From positions 64,090 through 128,089 of the forward strand of contig CACMWI010000001.1 of NCBI GenBank assembly GCA_902617375.1: a stretch of 64,000 bases of DNA, written 5' to 3'. The position numbers were made by a program, and so were the translations under genes. The notes below the pieces were generated by a model. That model was not told where the DNA came from. It worked only from the letters and a program-made list of their open reading frames with translations, and searched no databases. This document shows positions 9,796 to 19,381 of the stretch, piece after piece; positions within the stretch are counted from its first letter, which is position 1, and the number at the start of each line of letters is the position of its first letter. Origin of the DNA: an uncultured Alphaproteobacteria bacterium. GTDB lineage: Bacteria > Pseudomonadota > Alphaproteobacteria > Methylaequorales > Methylaequoraceae.

Positions 9796-11658
9796 TTACT
9801 GACACGACAAACATTCCTCATAATCTGTTTTCTCCTCTACTATATTTTTAGAGGGCCATTGTTTTGTATTGTCGGCTTCAACCCCAGCATAACTTGCTCT
9901 TTGTATAGATTTAGATCGACAGTAGTACAAACTTTTTATACCTAACTCCCAGGCCTTCCAATGAAGCATCATTAAATCCCATTTATCAATATCTGCTGAT
10001 AAATAGAGATTTATTGATTGACTTTGGCATATGTATGGAGTTCTATCTGCAGCCATTTCTACTATCCACCTCTGATCGATTTCAAATGCTGTTTTGAAAA
10101 CTGCTTTCTCGTTTTCACTTAATTCCTTGAGATGAGATATTGATCCATCATTTTCCAATATACTTTGCCAAATTTTTTCAGTGTTTAGACCTTTCGAATT
10201 TAATAAATCTTCTAGATATTTATTTTTTACTGTGAAAGAACCTGAAAGAGTTTTATGCGTGTAAATATTAGCAGGTATAGGCTCAACGCAAGCACTTGTT
10301 CCACCACAAATTATACTGATTGATGCGGTAGGTGCTATTGCTAGCTTGTGACTAAATCTAGCTTTTACTCCCATCTCTGAGGCGTCAGGGCAAGCTCCCC
10401 TCTCCATAGCAAGAATCAGTGAGGCTTTATCAGCTTCTTTTTTTAAATGCTTAAAGAATTTTGCATTCCAGCTTTTGGCAACTGCGCTTTCAAACGGAAC
10501 ACCTTTTTTCTGGAGAAAACTATGAAAGCCCATTGCGCCAAGACCAACTGATCTTTCCATTTTGGCTGAGTAAATTGCATTTTTCATTGAATCTGGTGCA
10601 TTATTGATAAAGTCTTCGAGGACATTATCTAAAAACCTCATTATGTCTTCTATGAAGTTAATTTCCCCTGACCATTCGTCCCATTTTTCTAAATTTACGG
10701 ATGAGAGACAACATACTGCAGTTCTGTCTTTTCCATGATGATCTAAGCCAGTGTGTAGCATAATTTCACTACATAGGTTAGAGGTTCTTACTTTCATTCC
10801 TAGCTTTTGCTGATGTTTGGCCATGTTTTTATTTACTGTATCCATAAAGACCAAATAAGGCTCTCCAGTCTGCATTCTTGTCTCAAGTATTTTTTGCCAA
10901 AGTTCTCTAGCATTTACTTTTCTGAGCGTTTCATTGGTTTTGGGACTTTTAAGACAAAACTCTTTGTTATGTTTAACGCATTCCATAAACTCGTCTGTTA
11001 TGTTTATCCCGTGGTGCAGGTTTAAACTTTTTCTGTTAAAATCACCTGAAGGTTTTCTAATTTCTAAAAACTCCTCTATCTCTGGATGATGAATGTCAAG
11101 ATAGCATGCGGCTGAACCTCTTCTGAGAGAACCCTGAGAAATTGCCAGTGTTAAAGAATCCATAACTCTTACAAAGGGAATGATACCTGAGGTTTGTCCA
11201 GATTTTTTGACTGTCTCTCCAATCGATCTAACTTCACCCCAGTATGTTCCTATGCCGCCTCCGTTTGACGCAAGCCACACATTTTCTCCCCATGTTGATA
11301 GAATTCCATCAAGACTGTCGTGAACAGTATTTAAAAAACAAGATATTGGCAAGCCCCTTTTGGCTCCTCCATTTGAAAGGATAGGAGTTGCTGGCATAAA
11401 CCAAAGCTTTGAAATATACTCATATATTCTCTGGGCGTGTGCATCGTTGTCACTGTAGCATTTTGCTACCCTCATGAACATATCTTGAAACTTCTCTCCT
11501 GGTAGAAGATATCTGTCAATCAGTGTAGCCTTTCCAAAATCAGTTAAAAACTTATCTCTAGAGGCTTCGGTTTGAAGTTGCCTTGGGTTCTGTTTGGGTT
11601 CTTTATTTTCTAGTTTTTGTGATGCTAGATCCAGTATATTTGCATTAGATTGATTCAT
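9796..11658 (-). CDS. nrdA: Ribonucleoside-diphosphate reductase alpha subunit, short form without an N-terminal ATP-cone
   Basis: 620 aa. The catalytic motifs are present (NLCSEIML, CCLSSVNL, C-terminal CLSCQ redox pair). No K-R-DG ATP-cone signature is found in the N-terminal 100 aa. Confidence 0.85.
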   Translation of the reverse strand: MNQSNANILDLASQKLENKEPKQNPRQLQTEASRDKFLTDFGKATLIDRYLLPGEKFQDMFMRVAKCYSDNDAHAQRIYEYISKLWFMPATPILSNGGAKRGLPISCFLNTVHDSLDGILSTWGENVWLASNGGGIGTYWGEVRSIGETVKKSGQTSGIIPFVRVMDSLTLAISQGSLRRGSAACYLDIHHPEIEEFLEIRKPSGDFNRKSLNLHHGINITDEFMECVKHNKEFCLKSPKTNETLRKVNARELWQKILETRMQTGEPYLVFMDTVNKNMAKHQQKLGMKVRTSNLCSEIMLHTGLDHHGKDRTAVCCLSSVNLEKWDEWSGEINFIEDIMRFLDNVLEDFINNAPDSMKNAIYSAKMERSVGLGAMGFHSFLQKKGVPFESAVAKSWNAKFFKHLKKEADKASLILAMERGACPDASEMGVKARFSHKLAIAPTASISIICGGTSACVEPIPANIYTHKTLSGSFTVKNKYLEDLLNSKGLNTEKIWQSILENDGSISHLKELSENEKAVFKTAFEIDQRWIVEMAADRTPYICQSQSINLYLSADIDKWDLMMLHWKAWELGIKSLYYCRSKSIQRASYAGVEADNTKQWPSKNIVEEKTDYEECLSCQ

Positions 11659-11753
11659 TTAAAAAATTTCCTACTCTTAAAATAAAATTGTGAAACACAA
11701 CATATAGTAATTAAAGATAAAATATTGTCAACCAGTAGTATTAAAGTTTTTTT

Positions 11754-11830
11754 TGGCGTGCCCGGAGAGAGTCGAACTCCCAACCTTCTGATTCGTAGTC
11801 AGATGCTCTATCCAGTTGAGCTACGGGCAC
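11754..11830 (-). tRNA. tRNA-Arg (anticodon ACG), CCA encoded
   Basis: The reverse complement reads GTGCCCGTAGCTCAACTGGATAGAGCATCTGACTACGAATCAGAAGGTTGGGAGTTCGACTCTCTCCGGGCACGCCA. It folds as a cloverleaf with D stem GCTC/GAGC, anticodon stem TCTGA/TCAGA around loop CTACGAA, and T stem GGGAG/CTCTC. Confidence 0.9.
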
Positions 11831-11994
11831 TTGGTAGTTTTTCATACAACTTTAAATTAAAAATCACATAATATAAATTTAAATAAATTAAAAATTAATT
11901 TTATTAAAATTTTTTTTTGTTTATTTTCAAAATTTTATAGGCTATAAATTAAAAATCGAACTTTTGTTAACAACACTTTAAAAATGCGAAAAAA

Positions 11995-13164
11995 ATGACC
12001 AAAAAATATTTAAACCTAGTAGCTTTAGTTTTATTATTTTCAAGTTATTCATGTACTGGCGTGCAAGAATACGTATTTCCGTCACTTTCTGATGAAGAAG
12101 TTGCTGCTCCTCCAGCACTTGAAGAAGTACCTGGGGCGGTTGAGGAAATAAACCAAGCTAATGCCCAAGAAATCCCCCCTTCACAATATGCCCCTCCCCC
12201 TGCAATGGCTCCAACTCAGCTAGTTAATGACGCAGGACCTACTGGTACGTTTGTAGGCGGTAAAATCAACCAATTTAGAGCAGACCTAACTAGCATTCAG
12301 AATGCAATATCATCCCACAATAATGACTTTCTAAGGTTCAAAGATCTCGTTGACGAACAAACATCAGTTTTTCAAGGTTTATCAAGTGCGATCCGATCTA
12401 GATTGCAAATAGGAACTACCCCTGGAAACCCTATTTTAGTTGGTCAATGGAATGATGCTCAAAGAGCTTTAGAAGATATTCAAAATAATGTTAATAACCT
12501 GCAAATCGTCAATAATAGAGTGACTGCTGACGCAGCTCTTATTGGGCATCTGAAAAATGCGATTGATTCAAGCTTTTTTATATCTGGAGCAATTGACGAG
12601 GATCACAATCAACTTAAAGTTTTAAAAGATGATGTACAAAGAACATCTGTACTTTACGAAAGATTAATGACAGAACTCGAAGAAAAGATTTCGCGTGAAA
12701 TTCAAATACTAAATGATGAAAGACAGTATATGAAGAGATTAGCAGAAGATGTTGAAGTCGGAAAATTTGGTGGAACTGTTAGTACTCCACCCACCAAATC
12801 CTCCTCTGGAGCAGTCGAACAGTCAGATGAAACTGTCACGAAACCAAAACAAGTAAAAGTAGCCCCAATTAACTATGATAATGCTATACTTGTAATAAAA
12901 TTTGATGATACAAACTTTGACTATTCAACAGCTTTGTTTGAGTCAATCTCCGGCGCGTTAGAACAGATGCCATCTGCTGGCTTTGAGGTTGTTGCTGTTA
13001 GTCCATCGGGTGGATCAAGTTATGCAGATCAAGCCAGGGATAGAGCTTCAGAAGTTTTTTCTAAAATAGTGGAAATGGGCGTGCCAACTGAGAGACTTTC
13101 CATTGCTTCTTCAACCAGCAACTCTGCTCAAGCTGAAGAAGTTCATATTTATCTCAAAAACTAA
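11995..13164 (+). CDS. OmpA-family lipoprotein with a Pro-rich linker and coiled-coil region
   Basis: 389 aa. A lipobox signal peptide (LLFSSYSC) is followed by a Pro/Ala-rich segment and a heptad-rich middle. The C-terminus is an OmpA-like peptidoglycan-binding domain (…VVAVSPSGGSSYADQARDRASEVFSKIVEMGVP…EEVHIYL). Confidence 0.5.
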   Translation: MTKKYLNLVALVLLFSSYSCTGVQEYVFPSLSDEEVAAPPALEEVPGAVEEINQANAQEIPPSQYAPPPAMAPTQLVNDAGPTGTFVGGKINQFRADLTSIQNAISSHNNDFLRFKDLVDEQTSVFQGLSSAIRSRLQIGTTPGNPILVGQWNDAQRALEDIQNNVNNLQIVNNRVTADAALIGHLKNAIDSSFFISGAIDEDHNQLKVLKDDVQRTSVLYERLMTELEEKISREIQILNDERQYMKRLAEDVEVGKFGGTVSTPPTKSSSGAVEQSDETVTKPKQVKVAPINYDNAILVIKFDDTNFDYSTALFESISGALEQMPSAGFEVVAVSPSGGSSYADQARDRASEVFSKIVEMGVPTERLSIASSTSNSAQAEEVHIYLKN

Positions 13165-14038
13165 TATCTTCCACAATCAATAATCCATCACTAGAACATG
13201 CTAATTTATATTCAATCCGCATGTTATCAATTAGTCTTACCCCATTTATGGATATGGCTATAAAAATTCTTGAAATAGAGGGAACTTTAGTAAGTCTAGC
13301 CAAATTTTTTTCGTTTAAAATTTCTAAATAATGAACACGATCAATCCCAGATTTTTCTAAAAAGTCTTTGAAGTAGTTTAATCTATGAAGTGCAAAATTC
13401 CCTTCGATTATTTCTAGATTAATTTGCTTCAAAACTGTTGGGATGTATTTAGCAAGAAAAATTTTTTTTCCTAATAATTTATTTCTTGAAGAAAGCGCAA
13501 TTCCTTCCTTATTCCGTACCGTTGGATAAGACCTAACTTCTGTTTTAAATTCTAAGTCTTTAATTATTTTTTTTATAACTAGCAACTGTTGGTAATCCTT
13601 TTCCCCTAAAGTAATAGAATCTGGTTTTATTATATCCAAAAACTTAAGAATAATTTTAGCGACTCCTTCAAAATGGCTACTTCTATCAACTCCGCATAGT
13701 TTTCTTGCAATATGGCCCAATCTAAATTCAAACTTTACTACGTCTATAATTTGCGCATCCGGTAGAAATAGAACATCCACCCCTTCTGCTAAAAGTTTTT
13801 TTTTATCTGACTCAATTGTTCGGGGATAATTATCAAAATCTTTGTCGTCATTAAATTGTAGTGGGTTTACAAAAATGCTAACTACTCGTATTTCTTTAGT
13901 ATTTTCTGATTTTTTAAATAAACTTGAATGTCCTAAATGCAAGTTGCCCATTGTAGGAATAAAATTAATTAGCTTTCCTGATTTTCTTAAACTATCAATT
14001 TCTCTTGATAAAGTTTTTTCGTCACTTATTAATAACAT
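13154..14038 (-). CDS. panC: Pantoate--beta-alanine ligase (pantothenate synthetase)
   Basis: 294 aa. It has the HLGH ATP-binding motif (PTMGNLHLGHSSL) and the GEKDYQQL motif. Confidence 0.88.
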   Translation of the reverse strand: MLLISDEKTLSREIDSLRKSGKLINFIPTMGNLHLGHSSLFKKSENTKEIRVVSIFVNPLQFNDDKDFDNYPRTIESDKKKLLAEGVDVLFLPDAQIIDVVKFEFRLGHIARKLCGVDRSSHFEGVAKIILKFLDIIKPDSITLGEKDYQQLLVIKKIIKDLEFKTEVRSYPTVRNKEGIALSSRNKLLGKKIFLAKYIPTVLKQINLEIIEGNFALHRLNYFKDFLEKSGIDRVHYLEILNEKNLARLTKVPSISRIFIAISINGVRLIDNMRIEYKLACSSDGLLIVEDISF

Positions 14039-14814
14039 TGATTTTTTTTTGGATATTTTCCATTTAAAACCTCTAAAGAAAATTTTTTAACAGCTTGTTT
14101 TGCTACAGGAAAAAAATCAAAGTACTTTTTTGAAAATTTTGTTTTTAATTCGGTCATTCCCAAAATATCCTCTGTAACTATTATTTGTCCTCTGCAACAT
14201 TCAGATGCTCCTATGCCTATTATTGGTAAATCACTAACCTTTATTAATTCATCTACAACCTTCTTGAGAGTACATTCAACAACCACAGAAAAAACGCCAA
14301 CTTTTTTTAAAATACTAATATCTTTAAAGATCTGTTTTTTTTCTTTTTCACTTTTACCATATACCTTCGGTCTACCTGTAATTGATTGCGGAAGCATTCC
14401 CAAGTGTCCCATTACTTTAATTTTATTTTGAGTTAAAAACTCTATAGTATCAGCAACCTTTTCGCCTCCTTCTAATTTTACTGCCATAGCACCGGAAGAG
14501 GAAATTATTTTTCTTGCATTTTCTAATGCCTTATGTTTCGACGTCTCGTAAGTTCCAAATGGCATGTCAACAACGATAAAAGCTTCTTTAGTGTGTTTAA
14601 CTACTGATTTGGCGTGTCTTATGATCATATCCATGTCGACATTTCTTGTTGTTTTATGCCCGTAGAGCACAGGACCAACTGAGTCTCCGACAAGTATTAT
14701 ATCTGCACATTTATCGGCAATTTTCGCTATCGGAGCAGTGTAAGCTGTTAGACACACAATCTTAGATTTTGAAAAAATCTTTTTTAACGAATTTCTTTTT
14801 TTTCTTTTGTTCAA
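14029..14814 (-). CDS. panB: 3-methyl-2-oxobutanoate hydroxymethyltransferase
   Basis: 261 aa with LTAYTAPIAKIAD…VGDSVGPV…VVDMPFGTYE motifs. It overlaps the panC end. Confidence 0.88.
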   Translation of the reverse strand: MNKRKKRNSLKKIFSKSKIVCLTAYTAPIAKIADKCADIILVGDSVGPVLYGHKTTRNVDMDMIIRHAKSVVKHTKEAFIVVDMPFGTYETSKHKALENARKIISSSGAMAVKLEGGEKVADTIEFLTQNKIKVMGHLGMLPQSITGRPKVYGKSEKEKKQIFKDISILKKVGVFSVVVECTLKKVVDELIKVSDLPIIGIGASECCRGQIIVTEDILGMTELKTKFSKKYFDFFPVAKQAVKKFSLEVLNGKYPKKNQCY

Positions 14815-14871
14815 AATGTTCCTTAAATAATTTTTGTTTAATGAGAGTCTAAATAATTTATACTTTTATTT

Positions 14872-16542
14872 ATGAAAAAAAAAATAATTTTTTTCCTATT
14901 TTCCTTCTTCTCTGTTATAATAAAGAAAGCATGGACTGATGACATTTATCAATCTATTCAACCAGAAAAATCCTCAGAGGTTAAAATTGAAAAAAGTCTT
15001 AAGTCGGGAACATTCAAAAATTTCGTTGTTGTCACAGCTAATGATTACGCCACTAAAATAGGTTATGATATATTGGAAAAAGGCGGAACTGTTGCAGATG
15101 CTGCCGTTGCAATTCAATTAACTTTAGGTTTAGTAGAACCTCAATCATCTGGTCTGGGCGGTGGAATATTTCTTACTTACTATAATAAAAAGACAAACAA
15201 AACTGTAAGTTTTGATGGAAGAGAAAAAGCACCAAAGATTTTTAAAGAAAATATTTTTTTGGATAAAGATGGGAATCCAAAAAGATTTTTTGAAGCTGTT
15301 CTTGGCGGTTCATCTGTTGGAACTCCGTCAACCTTGAAAACTTTATATAGTTTTCATAAGAGTTATGGTAGGCTTGATTGGAGTGAAGTTATAAAACCGG
15401 TTATTGAACTTTCTTCAAACGGTTTCTTTCCCCCAGACAGGCTGATCAATGCGGTAAATAAAGAAAAATATTTATTCTCTATATATCCTGACTCAATTTA
15501 CAAAAGTATAAAAACTAATCCTAAAAAAAAATTTTTTAACAACGATTACACTAAAACATTAGAAATAATTTCTGAAAATATGCAAAGCTTTTATGAAGGT
15601 AGAATTGCTCAAGATATCGTATTTGTTGTAAATGAGTCGAATAATCCTGGGTTTTTAAATCTTGATGATTTGAAACAATATATACCTGAAAGAAAAGATG
15701 CATTATGTAGAACACTAAAAAATAATTATAAAATTTGTGGACCTAGTTTACCCTCCTCTGGAACAATATGCATTATACAAGCTCTAATTTTATATGAATT
15801 TTACGAGGAAAAACTAAAAAATAATGTCAACGAATTACTTGAAATTCTTAATTTTGTATATTCCATCAGAGATGATCAACTGGCAGATCCTAAGTTTATA
15901 GATGTAAATATTGAAAAGTTGCTTAACGAAAAATATCTTGTGGAAACTTATGAAAAGTTCAAAAAATTAAAAAAGAAATCTGTTATTCATAATTTTGAAG
16001 AGGTCTTTAGCTCAACCACACATTTTTCTTTAGTTGATAAATTTAATAATGTATTGTCAGCAACCTCGAGCATTGAAAGTTCATTTGGTTCTAGATTATT
16101 TACCAATGGATTTTTTTTAAATAATCAATTAACAGATTTTTCATTTAAAATTACTAATGATTCGGGTGTTTTGATTAAAAATCGACCTCAAGCTGAAAAA
16201 AAACCATTAAGCTCTATGTCTCCCTTAATTATATTTGACAATAATAAAAATTTTTATATGACAGTAGGTTCACCAGGCGGCAAAGCAATTATTTCTTACG
16301 TATTTAAATCGCTTATCTCAACATTATATCTAAATAAAAATATCGAAAGAGCAATCAACGAGCCAAACTATATCAAAATCAAAGATAAGATATTTGTTGA
16401 AACTGATTCATTAAGAGACATTGTAAAACAAAATGCGTTAAAAAGGAATTTAACAAGCGGACTTGCAATAATAATTAAAAAAAAAAAAAATTTTGAAGCC
16501 GCAGCTGACTCTAGAAGAGATGGAACAGTTAGGGGAAATTAA
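14872..16542 (+). CDS. ggt: Gamma-glutamyltranspeptidase
   Basis: 556 aa. A signal peptide is followed by GGT motifs (TANDYATKIGYDILEKGGTVADAAVA, and the autoprocessing-threonine region SSTTHFSLVD). Confidence 0.85.
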   Translation: MKKKIIFFLFSFFSVIIKKAWTDDIYQSIQPEKSSEVKIEKSLKSGTFKNFVVVTANDYATKIGYDILEKGGTVADAAVAIQLTLGLVEPQSSGLGGGIFLTYYNKKTNKTVSFDGREKAPKIFKENIFLDKDGNPKRFFEAVLGGSSVGTPSTLKTLYSFHKSYGRLDWSEVIKPVIELSSNGFFPPDRLINAVNKEKYLFSIYPDSIYKSIKTNPKKKFFNNDYTKTLEIISENMQSFYEGRIAQDIVFVVNESNNPGFLNLDDLKQYIPERKDALCRTLKNNYKICGPSLPSSGTICIIQALILYEFYEEKLKNNVNELLEILNFVYSIRDDQLADPKFIDVNIEKLLNEKYLVETYEKFKKLKKKSVIHNFEEVFSSTTHFSLVDKFNNVLSATSSIESSFGSRLFTNGFFLNNQLTDFSFKITNDSGVLIKNRPQAEKKPLSSMSPLIIFDNNKNFYMTVGSPGGKAIISYVFKSLISTLYLNKNIERAINEPNYIKIKDKIFVETDSLRDIVKQNALKRNLTSGLAIIIKKKKNFEAAADSRRDGTVRGN

Positions 16543-16595
16543 CAAATTAATTTACAAAAGTATTTTTCTGTTATAAACAATAATGAGGAAATATT

Positions 16596-16730
16596 ATGAA
16601 AAGAACATTTCAACCAAGTAATAGAGTCAGGAAAAACAGACATGGCTTTAGATCAAGAATGTCGTCATCCGGAGGAAAAAAAGTTCTTGCGAGAAGAAGA
16701 CAAAAAGGAAGAAAAAAAATCTCCGCCTAA
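16596..16730 (+). CDS. rpmH: 50S ribosomal protein L34
   Basis: 44-aa ORF ([44 protein letters not shown]), below the ORF-track size cutoff. It is in canonical position upstream of rnpA-yidC. Confidence 0.92.
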   Translation: MKRTFQPSNRVRKNRHGFRSRMSSSGGKKVLARRRQKGRKKISA

Positions 16731-17055
16731 AACCTGTTATGTTTTAAAAAAGCGTGCAGAATTTCTTGATATAAGAAAAAAAGGCAAAACCATTTACGCC
16801 AAATTTTTTATAATAAATTATTTTTTATCCTCTCAATCAGGTTTTTATTTCGGCTTAACAGTGTCTAGGAAAATTGGCAATGCTGTTAAAAGGAATTATC
16901 TAAAAAGAATTGTCAGAAGTATTGTATTAAATAACCTTAATTCAATGCCAAAGAATACAAAACTTGAAATAATTCCAAAAAAACAGATAGAAAAAAAAAA
17001 GTATTCAGAACTTGAAAAAGATTTTTTGGATACGGTAAAAAATTTAGTAATTTAA
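16642..17055 (+). CDS. rnpA: Ribonuclease P protein component. The true start is uncertain and probably lies downstream of the listed ATG.
   Basis: The RnpA core is present ([15 protein letters not shown]…[23 protein letters not shown]). The only in-frame ATG (16642) overlaps rpmH by ~90 nt. No ATG, GTG or TTG lies between the rpmH stop and the conserved core. Confidence 0.75.
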   Translation: MALDQECRHPEEKKFLREEDKKEEKKSPPKTCYVLKKRAEFLDIRKKGKTIYAKFFIINYFLSSQSGFYFGLTVSRKIGNAVKRNYLKRIVRSIVLNNLNSMPKNTKLEIIPKKQIEKKKYSELEKDFLDTVKNLVI

Positions 17056-17096
17056 TATATTGAAATATAAAGTACTATCATATATTAATATTACCG

Positions 17097-18794
17097 TTGC
17101 ACATGGATAATCAAAAAAATTTATTATTAGCTGTTGTCTTCTCATTATTTGTGCTCATTGGCTATGACTTCTTCTTTAATCCAAAGACTCAAATGAAAAC
17201 GCAAGAAGAACTGCCAAAAAATCCTGTTGTAGTTCCAAAGACCGATGAAAATATTCCTACCTTAGAGAGCAAAGAGTCAATATCAAAAGGGAAAAATAAA
17301 GAAAAGAGAATAAACTTTGAGTCTAAAAGACTTGAAGGTTCAATTAATTTGTATGGAGCAACATTTGATGAACTTTTTCTTAAAGACTATTTTAGAACTA
17401 TCGGAAAGAATGAAAAAATTCAAATCCTATCTAATGCAAACTCAGAGAAACCATATTTTTTAAGACTAGGCTGGGCATCAACTGACAGATCTTTAGAAAT
17501 GCCTGGAAAAGACTCGCTTTGGAAAGCAGAAAAAAATGAATTCAAAACAGGTGAAGAAATCAAACTTTCTTGGAATAATGGTAAAGGGATAGAGTTTGAA
17601 CGAAAAATAAATGTAGACGATAATTTTATGATTTCAGTCGAAGACGAAGTGATCAATAAATCAGGTAAGACTGTTGAAATAACTAATTTTTCATATCTCA
17701 GAAGGAAAAATTATAGACCGGCTAATAAATTTTTTATTCTTCATGAAGGACCATTGGGGGTTTTTAATGACACTCTCAAAGAGGTTACATACGATGAAAT
17801 AGAAGAAGAAAATGAGATAGTAGAAGTTACTAAAAATGGTTGGATTGGATTTACTGATCATTATTGGCAGGTTGCTATTTTTCCTGAAAACGACAAACCA
17901 TTCAAAGCAAGATTTAAAAATCTCGAAAATAATCCAAATTCTGTTCAAATTGATTTTATAAACGAATCTATTCAATCACTCCCCAATGACGGAAGAATGA
18001 AAATTAAATCATATGTATTTGCTGGAGCAAAAGAAGTTCCATTAATAGATAAATATATTCAAAAACTAAAAATCAACAAACTCGATTTGTCAGTAGATTT
18101 TGGATGGTTTTACTTTCTTACAAAACCACTTTTCTATGCCCTACACTTCCTATCAGGACTTTCAGGAAACTTCGGAATAGGAATAATAATTCTTACCATT
18201 TGTATCAGAGTTTTGCTTTTTCCATTAGCAAATAAATCTTTTAAATCGATGAATGCAATGAGAATTTTAACTCCAGAAATCCAAAGATTAAGAGAAAGAT
18301 ATAAAGACGATAAAGCTAAGATGAATCAAGAAATGTTTGCAATGTATAAAGAAAAAAAGATTAATCCTGCATCTGGTTGCTTGCCAATATTAATTCAAAT
18401 ACCTATCTTTTTTGCACTTTATAAAGTTCTTTTTGTGTCTATTGAGATGAGACATGCGCCATTTTTTGGATGGATAAAAGATTTGTCTGCACCCGATCCA
18501 ACAAGTTTGTTTAACCTTTTTGGATTAATTCCATGGGATCCCCCAATGTTTTTAACAATTGGTATTTGGCCAATATTAATGGGGCTTACAATGTATCTTC
18601 AACAAAAGATTAACCCACCACCACCTGATCCGATTCAAGCTAAAATATTTATGATGTTACCATTTATTTTTACTTTCTTATTGGCCACTTTCCCCTCTGG
18701 AATGGTTGTTTACTGGACAGTTAATAATATACTTTCTATTGCTCAACAGTATTTTCTTTTAAAGAAACAAAAAGCCGATAATCCGGTTAGTTAA
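17097..18794 (+). CDS. yidC: Membrane protein insertase YidC
   Basis: 565 aa. The large periplasmic domain is followed by the conserved five-TM core (ILTICIRVLLFPLANKSFKSMNAMRILTPEIQRLRERYKDDKAKMNQEMFAMYKEKKINP). Confidence 0.9.
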   Translation: MHMDNQKNLLLAVVFSLFVLIGYDFFFNPKTQMKTQEELPKNPVVVPKTDENIPTLESKESISKGKNKEKRINFESKRLEGSINLYGATFDELFLKDYFRTIGKNEKIQILSNANSEKPYFLRLGWASTDRSLEMPGKDSLWKAEKNEFKTGEEIKLSWNNGKGIEFERKINVDDNFMISVEDEVINKSGKTVEITNFSYLRRKNYRPANKFFILHEGPLGVFNDTLKEVTYDEIEEENEIVEVTKNGWIGFTDHYWQVAIFPENDKPFKARFKNLENNPNSVQIDFINESIQSLPNDGRMKIKSYVFAGAKEVPLIDKYIQKLKINKLDLSVDFGWFYFLTKPLFYALHFLSGLSGNFGIGIIILTICIRVLLFPLANKSFKSMNAMRILTPEIQRLRERYKDDKAKMNQEMFAMYKEKKINPASGCLPILIQIPIFFALYKVLFVSIEMRHAPFFGWIKDLSAPDPTSLFNLFGLIPWDPPMFLTIGIWPILMGLTMYLQQKINPPPPDPIQAKIFMMLPFIFTFLLATFPSGMVVYWTVNNILSIAQQYFLLKKQKADNPVS

Positions 18795-18797
18795 CAA

Positions 18798-19373
18798 ATG
18801 CCTGAGAACTGGAAATTCTTAATTGAGGCTCATAAATTCACTGATCTACCACAAGACGAAATTCCTGAAATAGTTTTCTGGGGACGCTCAAATGTTGGAA
18901 AGTCTTCTTTGGTTAATTCTATTACAAATTTAAAAATTGCTAAGACTTCAAAAACACCAGGTAGAACTAGATCTTTAGTTTTTTTTGAATTGAAAGGAAA
19001 ATTCAGAATTGTTGATTTTCCAGGATATGGATTCTCCAAAATTTCAAAAGGTGATGAATTCAAACTTAATAAACTCGTGGACTACTACATTAAAAAAAGA
19101 AAAAATATCTGTAAGTTCCTTGTTTTAATCGACTCTTTGCATGGATTTAAAAAAATTGACGAAGATATAATTAGTCAATTGAATATTTTTATTAAAAAAA
19201 AAATTTTCATAGTTTTTACGAAACAAGACAGACTTAAAAATAAGTACCAACTTGATCATCTTAGAAATTTAAATGATATTGCGGGTAAAAAATTAAATAA
19301 AAAGTTCTTTAATACAAGCATAAAGCAAGTTAATACTATTATTTTACTGAAAAAATTCTTAATGAGTTCCTAA
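18798..19373 (+). CDS. engB: Ribosome-biogenesis GTPase YihA/EngB
   Basis: 191 aa with G1 GRSNVGKSS and G3 DFPGYG motifs. It sits in canonical position after yidC. Confidence 0.85.
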   Translation: MPENWKFLIEAHKFTDLPQDEIPEIVFWGRSNVGKSSLVNSITNLKIAKTSKTPGRTRSLVFFELKGKFRIVDFPGYGFSKISKGDEFKLNKLVDYYIKKRKNICKFLVLIDSLHGFKKIDEDIISQLNIFIKKKIFIVFTKQDRLKNKYQLDHLRNLNDIAGKKLNKKFFNTSIKQVNTIILLKKFLMSS

Positions 19374-19381
19374 TAATTATA

